Assembly (NCBI GenBank): GCA_028534125.1
Contig: CM052816.1
Location: 66,094,001 to 66,158,000, forward strand
Source: Lama glama
Taxonomy: Eukaryota
Length of the DNA: 64,000 nt
Direction of reading: 5' to 3'
The notes below the pieces were generated by a model. That model was not told the origin of the DNA, ran no database searches, and worked only from the letters and a program-made list of their open reading frames with translations. Position numbers and translations under genes: made by a program. Of this stretch, positions 28,937 through 42,520 are shown piece after piece; the first letter of the stretch is position 1; each line of letters starts with the position of its first letter.

Positions 28937-29724
28937 TGATAAAAGCAAAAAAGACAACTGTGATGCATGTTGTTTGAAAAAAAAAAAAAAGAGATGAGTA
29001 TCAGGTAAAAGAAACTGTGTATTTCAAAGTATCATTGCCCTTTATGTCCGAGGGGATGGTCCTGCCGCGGGCCGTGGGGCTCCACTCCGCAGTCTGGAGT
29101 TAAGAACCATGACAGCGTACCCCACGTTGGGTTTATTTTCTGAACTCCTCCCATCTGGTGGCAGACACTGATGACTAACAAAAGCAGAGGATGCTGGCCA
29201 AAACATGGATTTATTTTTTTCCATTCAAAAAATGGAGAAAGTCTCTTGTCAGCAGAAGGTGCCATGTAGAAACAGCCCTGACTTTCCTCTTCTCTGTGCA
29301 CATTCTCCACAGTGATTATGAGACGCAGGGGACTCTCTGGTTATCAAAAGCTTATCTGCTAAGCTTTGTACACACAAAGAAAGGCAGCGACTACTGTCCT
29401 GGATAAGCAAAAAATGAACCAGAATATGCTATTTCTTGAAGTATTCTGTGAGCAACCTTGGACCCGGTAACCACTTTCTGGTCCAAGGAACAGAAAAACT
29501 TCAAAACGTGTGATGATGTCTTATCCGCGGAAACACCCCCGTTTTTCACCATGGAAGTGGTCTTCAGTGCCCCGTGCTTCTCTCTCCTACACACGGGTGT
29601 TTGGGCTTCCAGGAACCCTGACAGCCAAGGGGAAAGGATTCTGCCCCAAGAACTAGGGCAGGGTTTCCACGTACTGCTGTTAGAGGACACAGTGCTTCTC
29701 CATTTCCTCTCACGTTCTCCGTGA

Positions 29725-30018
<294 letters not shown>

Positions 30019-30257
30019 TAATTTTAGTAATTATCAGCAGGGTCTTTATCAAAATTCTTCATCTTGTAGATGAACCAGATAAAATCCTGTTGGCCTTTTC
30101 AGTTGGAAATGTGTTTAAAAAAAAAAAACCCTAACATCCACAAAACCAACCATTTAAGCAGCTGTGAATGTAATCAGCCAAGCACGTAAACAGCTCCTCC
30201 CATGATACGTAGAGGCGGGAGACGTGGCCTGACTTGGGACTATTAATACAAGTGTGA

Positions 30258-30596
<339 letters not shown>

Positions 30597-30685
30597 TAAA
30601 GCTTTCTGAGCGGGAACACTTGATTTCTTTGTCTGCACGTGTATGCATGTCAAACAGTATTTTATTGGGTTTTCTTAATTACTTT

Positions 30686-30772
30686 TTTTTTTCAATGGAG
30701 ATACCAGGGATTGAACCCAGGACCTTGTGCCTACTAAGCATGCACTCTACCACTGAGTTATACCCACACCCC
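30686..30772 (-). mobile_element. tRNA-derived SINE, Vic-1-like, in the last PDE4D intron
   Basis: Same consensus with A/B boxes and A-tail; perfect TSD CTTAATTACTTT at 30674-30685 and 30773-30784. Confidence 0.9.
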
Positions 30773-31278
30773 CTTAATTACTTTCTTTTTGACAAGCTCA
30801 ATTTCCCCTTAGTATTTGTAAGCCAAAAAAACTCTTTAATTCTTAGGTTTTCTATTCGTATAGTCACATGTATGTTCATAGGGCATTACATTCCCTCATC
30901 GTGACTCTAGTTTATAGTCTATTCATATATGTGGCATTATTTCAGTTACCTCAGTACATAAGTGAATAAAGTTATATGAATTCATATAGAGCATATGACA
31001 TTATTTCAATAATCTGGACTCACCTATAAATTGGCTATTCTAAAATAAAGTCCAGGCCTCGAGCCATGCCCTGCCATGGAAACAGCCGGAGATTTTTTAC
31101 ATCACAAACCTGCTGTTGGACTAAGCATTCTAGAAGCTAGTTTTCACCAGCTGGTGACAACATTCTTAAAAGGTCTGCTACCGGAAATAGTGACTCTTTT
31201 ACCAAACTAAGGTAAGTAGTCTTCAGTCCAGTGGTGTATTTGCAGAGCGTACTACTTGTTATATATTTTTATATATGA

Positions 31279-31824
<546 letters not shown>

Positions 31825-34800
31825 CAGAGCAAAGACCTCCACGCCTTTTGTTTTTGGTTTTTCGGGTTCTTTTTCAAGTAGAGAAGTTTGTTTCCAAAGT
31901 GCATGTCACTTGCCACAACCATGGTCACACCTCACTGTCATCCGCCAGGACGTTTGTGGAACAAAACCGACCTTGACGACTCAGTCTGGCGCTCAGGAAT
32001 ATCGTCACCCGTTTTTTCACCTCCGTGTCATCTGAGCAAGGGGGACATCTTCGCGAACAGCATTGGCCCCTGGTGGCCGCGTGGGAAAGCTAACCAAGCA
32101 GAGAAAATCAACTCCAAAGCGTTTTCTAGGGAGTGGGGCTCACCACGCAGTCCCGAAGTTGACGTGATTTGGAGTTTCTTTTCTTTTCCTTTGTTTGCAA
32201 TATTTTCAGCAGAAAGAAGGCATCACATGAGCAGAGTGAACTAATGGGTGAAGCAACAGGTGGGTCAGGAACAGGACACCATGTGAATCTGTTACCAGGA
32301 AGAAGATGAGCCACAGAAATTGCATCATTTTCTAATTTCAAGTCTTCCTGATACGTGACTGAATAAGTGCGGTTCACGCGAGCTGCACTGACCTCTACGT
32401 TTTGTATGATAATGTAAAACAGATTTTTTGTAGAGCTTACTTTTATTATTAAATGTACTGAGGTATTATATTTAAAAAAAAACTGTTCAGAACTCCATCT
32501 GCCACTGGTTAATTTTTTTTCTAAGGAGTAACTTGCAAGTTTTCAGTACAAATCTGTGCTACACTGGATAAATCTAATTTACGAATTTTCTTGCACCTTA
32601 GAGTTCCTAGCAAGTAACTGATTTGTAGTGATCCATTGTTTTATATACCAGTGACTTCCATATTTTAAAAACAAAAATCCACATTATGTTGCAGGAAACC
32701 CTTTTTGTAAGGTCTTCATTTACCAGCTTTTGTTTCACTCTTTTCAGAGACACAGAGTTGCTCCACATTTCTCTTCACGGTGTGCAAAGTGAATCCTTGT
32801 TCAGTAGTCTTTGATGTGCGTTCTGTCTCACATGTCTCCAGCCTCATGGACACTCCATCATCAGTTGGTGTTGTCTGAAGCAAGTGAGAGATACATAAAT
32901 ACCCAGTAGCTAAAATGGTCCGTCTTTTTTAGATACTTTCCCACTTAGTGTCTTCTGATAACTTTCTGCTGTGTCGATAGATATGCCTCGTTTCACAAGT
33001 GCATGTCCTTGTAACAACCCACCCATTTCATGTGCATTTTTATTGTTTTCACGGTCAGTTATAGCAAGAAAAACTTCTCCCCCTTGTGCTGCTTCATTAT
33101 TTAGCGTGTGTTTGAACCTCTGTCCACATTTACTAGCTGGGGTCTTATCAAATATATCACCACCATTTGTACTGATGCCAAGAAACAGGCAGTCAGCTTA
33201 GACTTAGCGTTCTTTTCTGCCACGAGGTCATATGTAATGATGAGCTTTTACTCTTGATTTGCAAAGAAAAGTTAACAGCTAGCTAGACAATTTAACAATA
33301 TTAGCAGAATATATTAACGAACACCAGTACCACGAATGTGCTTTTGTTTCTGTGATTTCACCATGAGATTAAGAACTGTATGAGGAATAGTCTTGAGAAG
33401 TGATTTTAAGTGTAGCAATGACTCTTCCTTGACGGACAGCCATGTAACATGTAGGACTTGCTTTATTGGTCTTGTGGAGGAAGACTTCTTTACACAGAAG
33501 GAAGTTGGTGATACCTCTGGGACTGAAGGTTTGGCAGTAAAATGCCATTTTAAAATACTGGGTTGGGTAAGAAGGCTAGATCAGAATTTAGAGCTCACCT
33601 TTGGCTGAATTTAGCATCAAGAACTGTGTTACAATTTGAGACCGAGTCCCAGTATCTACCTTCAGTTGGCATCGTGGGGCGTTTGTTTAGTTTGGAGTTT
33701 CCTTCCATTTCAGCTCTTAATAAAGTGTTTACCTTCTCTGAAGAGTTTGGAGCCCACATAATCATTTTTTCACAGTAATGTCCAAGAACTCAAGTAGAGG
33801 CTAAAGGAGTATCTGACCAAATGGAAAATAAATAAAACAATAAAGAAAATTGTAACCCTGAAAAGCATTTATATTGGGGATGTGTCAAGGAGCTTCTGGG
33901 GATTAATAAGTCATCAGCCGGGAAAGTGCCCCAGGCTGAAGATACTACTTTAATCCCCTGAGATCCACTGATGTTTAGAAACTTTGATAGAAAAATGACA
34001 TAGCTCTGATCTTTCACATAGAACACAGGTTTGGAATTGACCAATTAATTACCAGATTTCCACTCTCCTCTCCTTGTAAAAATCAGACTGTAGTCTTTCA
34101 AATACAGTCCCATGTTTGGCAAGTGCTTTGACAAGAACGCTGCAAAACTTGTTTCTGTTTTAATTTTACTTGTCCCTGATGGAGGTCTAGAAGAAAAGGC
34201 AAAGAATCTAGGGTTCATTCCTTTTTTCAAAATATTCTCATTCCCTCCCCTTCCTAATGCTTGGGATCCTCACCACCACTAAATGAGCCTAGAATCTTAA
34301 TAATGGAAAAAAAAAATGAGAATGGCAATATGTCACAAACAAATCCAGACCTGAAAAGGTTCATAACTACACTATAAAAGAGAGGCTTTTAGAAAAAATG
34401 TGTTGATTTTTAATGGTCACATATTGTGAAGATACCCACCAATGGACAATCACCTTATAGAAAAGGAATAAGATCTGAAAGACAGGGACAACACACTGTA
34501 CAATCTGCTTCTCCCTTCTTTCTCCCTCCCTCCTGCCTCGCCAAAGTGTGCTTCGGAATTATGTACTGCTTTAAAAAGAACATCCTTTTACAAGTGGCTT
34601 TACATTTCCTAAAATGCCATAAGAAAATGCAATATCTGGGTACTGTATGGGGAAAAAATTGTCCAAGTTTGCATAAAACCAGTACATTTCAGCTTGCAAG
34701 TTACTAAACACAGAATGCTGTTTGAATTTTCTTTTCTTTTGCGTCACTTAAAGTTCACAAGAAAATAATGTAGATAGAACAAATTGCAGACAAGGAAAAA

Positions 34801-36320
34801 AAACTTGAATGAAGTGGATATTACAGAAAGCTTTATGATAATTTTTGAATGCATTATTTATTTTTTGTGCCATGCATTTTTTCTCACCAAATGACCTTAC
34901 CTGTAATACAGTCTTGTCTGTCTGTTTACAACCATGTATTTATTGTAATGTACATACTGTAATGTTAATTGTAAATTATCAGTTCTTATTAAAACATCAT
35001 CCCACGATGGGATGGTGTTGATATATTTGGAAACTCTTGGTGAGAGAATGAACGGTGTGTATACATACTTCTTGTACATTTTCTTTTCTCCTATAATAGA
35101 GTCTTGTCACCTTAGAGCTTGTTTATGGAAGATTCCAGAAAACTATAAAATACATAAAGATATATAAATTAAAAAAAAAAACATAGCTGCAGGTCTTTGG
35201 TCCCAGGGCTGTGCCTTAACTTTAACCAATATTTTCTTCTGTTTTGCTGCATTTAATAAGTAAGGTAACGATGGGGCTAGGGCTGGGCATTTTACGTCCA
35301 AGCTTTGAATCCATTGGCTTTCTGTCAGTAGCTGGATTTTACAGAACCACAGACAACCCTCTGGAACATTCTGAGATGCTTCTGAGATACAAGGCCTGAA
35401 GGACTCTTTGCCATGAAGCAACGTGGTGAGTGTGATGGTGGTTTTCCCCGTCAGATACTGAGTGGCTTCAGTTACTTATATTTGATTGCTTTTTATTTGC
35501 AGACACTACTGGCAAAATAATATTGTTGTCCTGTGATTATAAAAAATATTTAAACTTCTAGAGCACGTGGGCAAATGAACTTGATTTGAAAGTAGAGCCA
35601 GAGGTCACATGTATTAGTAGTTTATTCCTTGGCTTCCTGCCATGGTAAGAAAGTATATAATATGAAAAAGGTCATTTTTTTAACCCTGGAATTTTTCTTC
35701 AACTGAGATCAACCAAATTTGCTTATATACGTGAATCCTTATGTTTAAACACAAAGTTTTATATGACGCCAATTCACAGAGCATAACGGATTCACCATTC
35801 GCTAGAATGTGTTTCTGCAAAATCTACATTGCTCTAGAATTTTAACATTTAGCCTTGCATACTGGCCAGCTTCTGAAACCTATGAAAAATTCCCAGTGGG
35901 TCATGCAGAAACTTCCTTCCACTGCTGCCCAGCCCTCAGAACATGTGACTTTGTGAAAGGAGAAATACTTTTTTCTAAGAAAAAAAAAATGAGCCTCCTT
36001 TTATTTTACTTTATTTTTTTGACACAAACTGTAGATTTTAGCAGCCCTGGCCCAAAGGAATTTGATTACTTTTGTTTTAAACAGTACAAAGGGGACACTA
36101 TAATTACAAAAAAAAAATCCTTACTGATTTTAGTTATTTTTAATTTTATTTCTTTGGATATGTTTTCAGAGGGGTAAGTTGTGTGTGAGCATTAAAAACG
36201 ATGATTCTTTTAGTGTTTTCTTAGCCTCTCCTACAGCCCATGGGAATAGTACTGTACATCGATACCTTCATATGAAGTTTTTATATGCGATGAAAATAAA
36301 AGCATGGGTTGATTCTGCCT
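31825..36320 (+). other. PDE4D: PDE4D long 3'UTR (~4.5 kb)
   Basis: Follows the stop; AU-rich, poor in recognisable repeats, many miRNA seed matches; ends at AATAAA 36295; end position inferred. Confidence 0.8.
36295..36300 (+). terminator. PDE4D: Distal polyadenylation signal AATAAA
   Basis: AATAAA with upstream TGTA (36253-36256) and T-rich downstream sequence; second AATAAA at 36417-36422. Confidence 0.7.
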
Positions 36321-37619
36321 ATTTATGACTCGATCTTTTACAAATAGAAGATTATTCATTTTAATTTGTAGTTCAGACAGCATGGGTTTCCAAGGGCCGT
36401 GAAGATTTTTAAGGTGAATAAAAGGAGGAGAGTGACATGATACGTGACTGTTGATATTTATCGTCAAGTGAAACCAAATTATGCAGATTAATCTTCTGTA
36501 GAAAAAAAGAATGCCAAAATTATTTAGATGGCCTGTAAGATTAAGCAAAGTGTCCTGTAAACAGGCTTGGGAAGGGAACTTGTCTGACTGAGTTTGCTGG
36601 CATACTGAGTTACTCAGGTACTTCGTTATGTACTGAGTCCCTACTCTGCAAACTACAAGGTTGTAAGGATTCAGCAGTGAGGAACTGATTTGGGGCTGAG
36701 CTCTGAAGGATAGTAAGAGGTAACCTGGCAAAAAGGAACAGTTAACAGGAGAGGAAGGGGTTCCAGACAGAGAACACTTCATTTGCCAAAGTCCTGAGGT
36801 ACAAGCAAGTTCCAAGCCTCTGGAGAAATGGAAGGAAAGCACCCAGCTCTGTCACTCTTACCCCTTACCCTGCTTTATTTCCTTTATAACAGTAATTACT
36901 AACTAAAAACTCTATTTGCCTCTTCCTCACAAATTCTCCTTTTTTTTCTCTGAATGACAAAAAAAATCAGTGTTCACGATGAGGAGAGTAAAGAAATCAG
37001 CAAAAATTTAATCCCCAAATCTTAACTAGTAGAATAAGGATAATTAAATAAATGATCTCTGCTTAACCTCCTCCTATTCCCTCCCACCACCACAAAGAAT
37101 GACAGCAACTATAGCCAGAAGATGCCCGAAATGTCCCTTCCAGGGATACGTGATCTAAACCCAAGTTCCCTTCCTCAGTCTGTGACCCCAAAGTGAGACT
37201 ATGGGACAAAGGAACAAGCTGCCGCCTTTGCCCTACTTGTTCCCCATGCTGATCTAGGCCAAACTGGGTGTGCTGAGTCCACCTGAGTTTAGGTCTTTGC
37301 CCTGGAAACACGTCCTCAGGCACACAGCTTTGAACCCACAACAGAAAAACATCCCATCTTCCCTTTGGCCAGAGAGCACCGCCCCCAGCAGGGACGTACT
37401 TACCCACAGAGCCTCCTCTTAATGAAATCCTACCTGTGCTTTCCCTACTACAGGCTTGGGAATTTCCATCTCTGTCTTTATTAACACATCCCCTCTCCCT
37501 CCCAACAGAAAATTTCCTCATCTCCTGCCGAGCATAAGCACCCCCCCTCTGTGTTGTCCAAGCTGCAGTGGTTCTTTGCAGTTCCTGGACTCTGCTTCCT
37601 GGTCCTGCATCTAGTAAAC

Positions 37620-38250
37620 GCTGAGACTAGGAACCCCAGTTTGGGGCGCCTGCGTCTTTAAGCCCACCCACCACAGGTGCAAAGGTTACCACCCTCCCGA
37701 GATCCAAAGCCACTCCCAAAGGTAGCCCACAGAAAGACAGACTTATTTCCTCTGAGAGCTGGTAACAGTCAGCAGGACCCTGACCGCAGAGGAAGTGCAA
37801 CCCATCTTCCTGTCCGGCCATATTTAAGCTGCAAGCGGAGTGCGTCCCACATTTCGGTCCGGCCAGGCCTCGGAGCCCCAGCCTGACCGCTGAGCTGCCT
37901 GCACACGCAGGAGCTGGCAAGCCGCAGGCCCCGGCAGGCGGAAAGCCGCGTCCAGTTGCCGGGACGCAGAATGAGACAAACAAGAAGGCAGTAGCTGTTC
38001 CTGGGAGACAAAGGTCGACAACCAGGATTTGGAAAGGAAGGGAAAACTCAAAATTTTACCATTCGCAGCGCGGCACTACAGAGACTGGAGAGAGCTGACT
38101 CTGGTAAGAATTCTCAGCTTTTCTTGGCTCCTGTCGGTTTTCCGAGGATCCCAAATGCGGGCTCCAGACTGAGTGGGGTTTTAAGTACAGAATGTAGCCC
38201 TGTCGCTACCAGAATTTGATAAGGTTTTTCATTGTTTTTAATTTCAGCTC
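37620..38250 (+). promoter_or_regulatory. CpG-rich promoter/enhancer-like element downstream of PDE4D
   Basis: About 27 CpG in ~590 bp by hand count; ETS motifs, TATTTAA, splice donor and acceptor. Confidence 0.4.
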
Positions 38251-39602
38251 CCCCTGGGCTGTTAAAGGGAATAACTGATAATAATTTACCGGAGGGGCCC
38301 TGGGAGTCCAGTCAACCCTGGGAGAGGCCTCTTCAGGGGTAGCTATGGGGGCGTTGGAGTTGGTGTGGAAGGACTTGGCAAAACCTTTCCCCCAGTGTCC
38401 TGATGAATGCGGGTGAGACCATTCCTGGGCAGGTGTTTTGAAGATGAGCCCCTAGGAGGGTGTAGTGCGGGAGGCCCAGGTGTTGCAGGTTTCTGACTTT
38501 GGAGCTGTTGCAGCTGAAGGTAGCTAACGTAGCGGGCTTTCATTTGCGGTTCTCGTGTCTCTTGTTCTCGTGGAAAGGCAATTCAGTAGAGGCTTAGTGC
38601 TCAGGTAACAGGATAGAAGGAGGTCGTAGAAGTCACGTCGCTATTTTAGTCTTTGGGTTTAGGCACCTCTTTGGTTTTTAATTTTTCATTACCTCTTACA
38701 ATAAATCTTTCAATGAAGCCTTTTTGATGTCTTGAAGCTTTTGGAGGTTTCTGTGTGCTAGTAGGTCTCCCATCCTGTTTGTTGATTTGGGAACACTTGC
38801 TTTCAGGTGCACTTTTTAAAAGAATGATCTTGTCTAACTGGAAAGTTCCCCATGACGGCCTCGTAATTCTAGGTTGTCTCAGTAATATTTTGTCATTTTT
38901 GTAGTTATCTCAAGCTGCCAGGACAGTTCTTAGACAGGAAATAAGCAGGTGTGCTGGGAGGAGGCGTGCTCAATTCTTTGAAACTTGAGAATCCCATGAC
39001 TTTAGCTAAACCTTGGGTCTCTCAGAGACAAATTAATACCTAAGTGGGATATGCCACTGGGTTGGGGCTTTTGTGGCGGTTTACAGTGTACCTTGTCGCC
39101 GGAAACTATTAAAAAACGATGAAAGAAGACAATTTAGCTGGTACAAACTTTAATACTTCATGGAGTGAACAGTCTCCTTTTGGAGAACTACCAAATGGAG
39201 CAGAAAGCAAGAAGCTTTTATGGGATAAAGAGTAAAGAACAAGGAAGAGACAGAAAATACCTGCCTGGCTGCAGCTCCGTAATCAACTTGGTTTGGGGTG
39301 AGAAGCCAGAGGTGGCTTGGTGTTTGGGGGTCGGCCGACTGGCGGTACTGCGTCTCTGGTCAAGCAAGGCATTTGAGTTTTTTAAGTATTAGTGTGTTGT
39401 CGCCGTGGCATCTCAGGCTGGAGCCACTCCATTGTGGGCCTAGAAATGTATTTCAGCAGTACTTTGTACATGTCCTAGGTGAGATATTTACAAACCCCTC
39501 ACCAGACTGTGAGATTTTTGAAGGCGATATACTCCTGTTGGCCTGGCTAGTTAATATTTAAGTCCAGCTATTGATGTTCACCTAGTCTTTCCCCTCTAAC
39601 AC

Positions 39603-39785
39603 CAGCACTCCTCAAAATGTGGTTCTTGAACTGACATCAGCGTCAACTAGGTTCTTGTTAGAAACACAAATTATCAGGCTCCAACTCAGGTCTCTGAAAT
39701 GAGAATCTCTAGGGGTGGGTCCCAGAATCTGCTTTTAATGAGTTGTCCTGTTATCCTCATGCGCCATAAAGTCTGGGAAACGCTG
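39603..39785. mobile_element. MER5A-like hAT-Charlie MITE
   Basis: ctcaaaatgtggt...cttgttagaaacacaaattatcaggctcca...ggggtgggtcccagaatctgcttttaa...aagtctgggaaacgctg. Confidence 0.8.
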
Positions 39786-40061
39786 TTCAAGACCTCATGA
39801 GTTTATCCCTCTTCTGGTTTTGCAAAAAAGCAAAAGTAATCGTCTCAACCCCCTTTGTAATTCGTTGCATTTACTCAAAGGGCTGCTTGTTACTACAGGA
39901 GTGTTAACAGGTGATGTGGGGAGGGCTATAATTGGAGGAACAATAGAAACACATGTTTGACCAGCCAAGTTCCACTGAGCAGGAAAGGAATGGGGGAGCC
40001 GACTGTTGGCTCTCCTCAGCAGCAGAGGAAACTTCGCTTTGTCAGTTCCCCATCATGGCAT

Positions 40062-40892
40062 TTGTTGACATCATATGGATTCTGGACCCAATTTCAATGT
40101 GAGGGTGGGGACGAGTTATTCATGCCAACAAGCAGTTCTCTGACACCAGCTAGAGGTCCTACACTTCAACTGAATTCTGACACTGTCCACCTGAAGAGAG
40201 CATCAGAGTCCACAGGTTTAGGGCTACCAGACTCAGGACTATGACACCCTCCCCACCCCCACCCCCCCATCTCCTCCACTTCAGGCAAACTGAGGTTGTT
40301 TTTCTGCACTTCTGACCTACTGCCTATAGACTAGGGGTTTCAGTGATGCCCTTGTCTTGGGTTCTATTAATTTGCAAGGGTGGAGTACAGACCTCAGAGA
40401 AATATTTTATTTACTAGTATGCCAGTTTATTATAAACAGATATAACTCAGGAACAGCCAGATGGAAGAGACACACAGGGCAAGGTATGAGGAATGGGCAG
40501 AAGCTTCCATGCCCTCTCCAAACACACCACTCTCCCCAAATCTACAGTGTTTATCAAGGTGGAATCTCTTCAAACCCCATCCATTTGGTTTTTTTATGAA
40601 GATTTCATGACATAGGTATGATTGATTAAATCATTGGCCAGCCAAGAATGAGTCCACCTCCAGCCCCTCTCCCTGGAGGTCAGTGGGTGGGACTGAAATT
40701 TCCAACCCTCTAGTCACAAGGTTGGTCGCCCTGACAACCAGCCCCCATCCTTAGGTGTTTTCCAAGTCACCATTAAGGTAATAAAAGACACCTTTCTCAC
40801 TCTCAGCACTTAGCAAACTCTCAGGGTGCTAGAAGCTTTATACCAGAAACTGGGAAGATCAAAGATATGTTCTTAGAAGTTACACATATCAC
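40062..40892 (-). mobile_element. MER21-like ERV solo LTR
   Basis: gacaccagct...caactgaattctgacact...ctcaggaacagccagatggaagag...tgattaaatcattggcca; typical MER21 motifs. Confidence 0.75.
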
Positions 40893-41119
40893 CAGTCGGC
40901 ATGGACTAAAGGGTGGAAAGACTGACATGTCATTCAAAGGAGAGAAGAGACTAAAAGAAAATCCCATCCATATTCTCCCTTCAAGACCATCAGTGGAACG
41001 GACAGGGACTGAGCACCTTCACTCAGTCTTCAGTGGCCCCATCCCAGCTCTCCAGTCACACAGTGGCTGCCCCTCGGCTTTCATAATTGGGTGAAACCAC
41101 AGAACACAGGGCTCAGAAT

Positions 41120-41540
41120 CTGGCATCACAAGTGGCCACCAAATGAGCCAAGTGACACATGCAGAAGTGCAGGGGGTTAACTTTGACCACTGGGAATCCA
41201 GAGATGGGAAGGAGCAGGGCGAGTTAATCTCTCCTCCTTCTCTCTCCACTGACTACTCTCCATGGGGACAGTCCCTGCATCCCCATCCAGGGAAAGCCCC
41301 TCCCCAGCTGCCTGCAGTGTCCCTTGGCTGCATCTTGCTAGGCAGTAGCCAGCGTGGAAACATCACAGCACACTGCTTCCTGTCCTTCCTGCTTCCCTTC
41401 CTTTCTTCCTTACTTCACTTGCCTCTTTTAGCCTCAACCCCTTTTTTCTCACCCCACTGCCCAAAAGTTTGCACCTCCCCCATAAACTCCCATCACTTTG
41501 CCTCTGCCTCCAGCTCCGTTTCCTGGAGACCCTGAGCTCC
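41120..41540 (+). mobile_element. LTR16-like ERVL LTR remnant
   Basis: gggttaactttgacca...gcacctccccataaa...gcctccagctccgtttcctggagaccctgagct. Confidence 0.55.
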
Positions 41541-42099
41541 ATGCCGTCCTTTACATTCAGGACAGCAGATGCCAAATTTGAGTGTGAGGGTGTGTGTGTA
41601 CACATTGTGTTTAAAATAGGGCCTTGGCATATTCCAGACAGAGACTGTGCCTTATTCGTCTTTGTCTTCCTGCAGCTTAGTTCCGTGTCTGTCACAGGGC
41701 AGGTATTCATTAAACATGGGAAAGAGTGACAGATGGGTGAGTAATTGCCTGAATGAGGTTGATGATGAAGAATGGAAGGAGGGGGTGGGAACTGCCTTAG
41801 AATGGATTAGAGACTGGATAAGCAGGAACTGGGACAAGAGGCCAAAGGCAGCTGGAGGAGAATATGGAAGCAACCAAAGTAGAGGGTGAAGAGCGCATTC
41901 CTTCTAAGTAGAAACAAAATATATGGGGACAAGTAAGACAGGTCTGCGGCGTCCTTCACCTTCTGGACTTGCACCCGTACGCACTGTAGAGGGACACTCC
42001 CGCCTGCCTACTCAGTGGTTACCTCCTAGCCCCTGGTGAATGGAGGTTGGAATTGTTTGGATCTTGTGAAGTCAGGGGTTTCTGGAGAGACAGGCCTCT

Positions 42100-42520
42100 C
42101 CTGAGTCCCAGAGGCTGACTCAGCCTTTGATGGAGTTCCTCTGCCCTGGCCTGTGATTAGGTTGGGACAGGCTTGCAGAGCTGCAGTTCTAGACAGTGAG
42201 ATGCAGGTGACTCCTGGGAAAGCATCCCTCATGCTTGCAAAGGGAGAAAAGGAAGAGACTGGGCTTTGGAAAGTGTTCCTGAGGCGGCCATGGTTGGGCT
42301 GTTATCCTGAGACCATGAAAGGGACTGTCTGAAGACACGGGCCACATGCTAAGGATGGCAGAGCAGATGATGGAACCTGAGTCTTCAAAGATGGTTCGGA
42401 GCTGCTGACGTAATCATCTCAACTCCCGAGCCAATCATGCAAGACGATGGGCAGGTTTTATAATTTAGGCCATTTCAGTTGGACCCTCTGTTACTTAGGC
42501 CCAAAATCATGCTAACAACC
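42100..42520 (+). mobile_element. Old MLT1-type MaLR LTR
   Basis: gctaaggatggcagagcag...ggaacctgagtc...tttaggcca...ctgttactt. Confidence 0.6.

Noticed and set aside
29149..29164. CTCF-like TGCCACCAGATGGGAG on the minus strand
   Set aside because: Mismatch at the key GGC core position; too weak without binding data
31888..32244. 118-aa ORF just after the stop codon (downstream ORF or readthrough)
   Set aside because: TTG start; the stop is TAA rather than the leaky TGA-CTAG context; length is explained by local GC richness
36231..36842. 203-aa antisense ORF across the poly(A) region
   Set aside because: Non-ATG start, no recognisable domain, partly L2-like sequence
37627..38051. Several overlapping short ORFs in the CpG-rich patch
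   Set aside because: Expected in GC-rich DNA; non-ATG starts and no homology recognised
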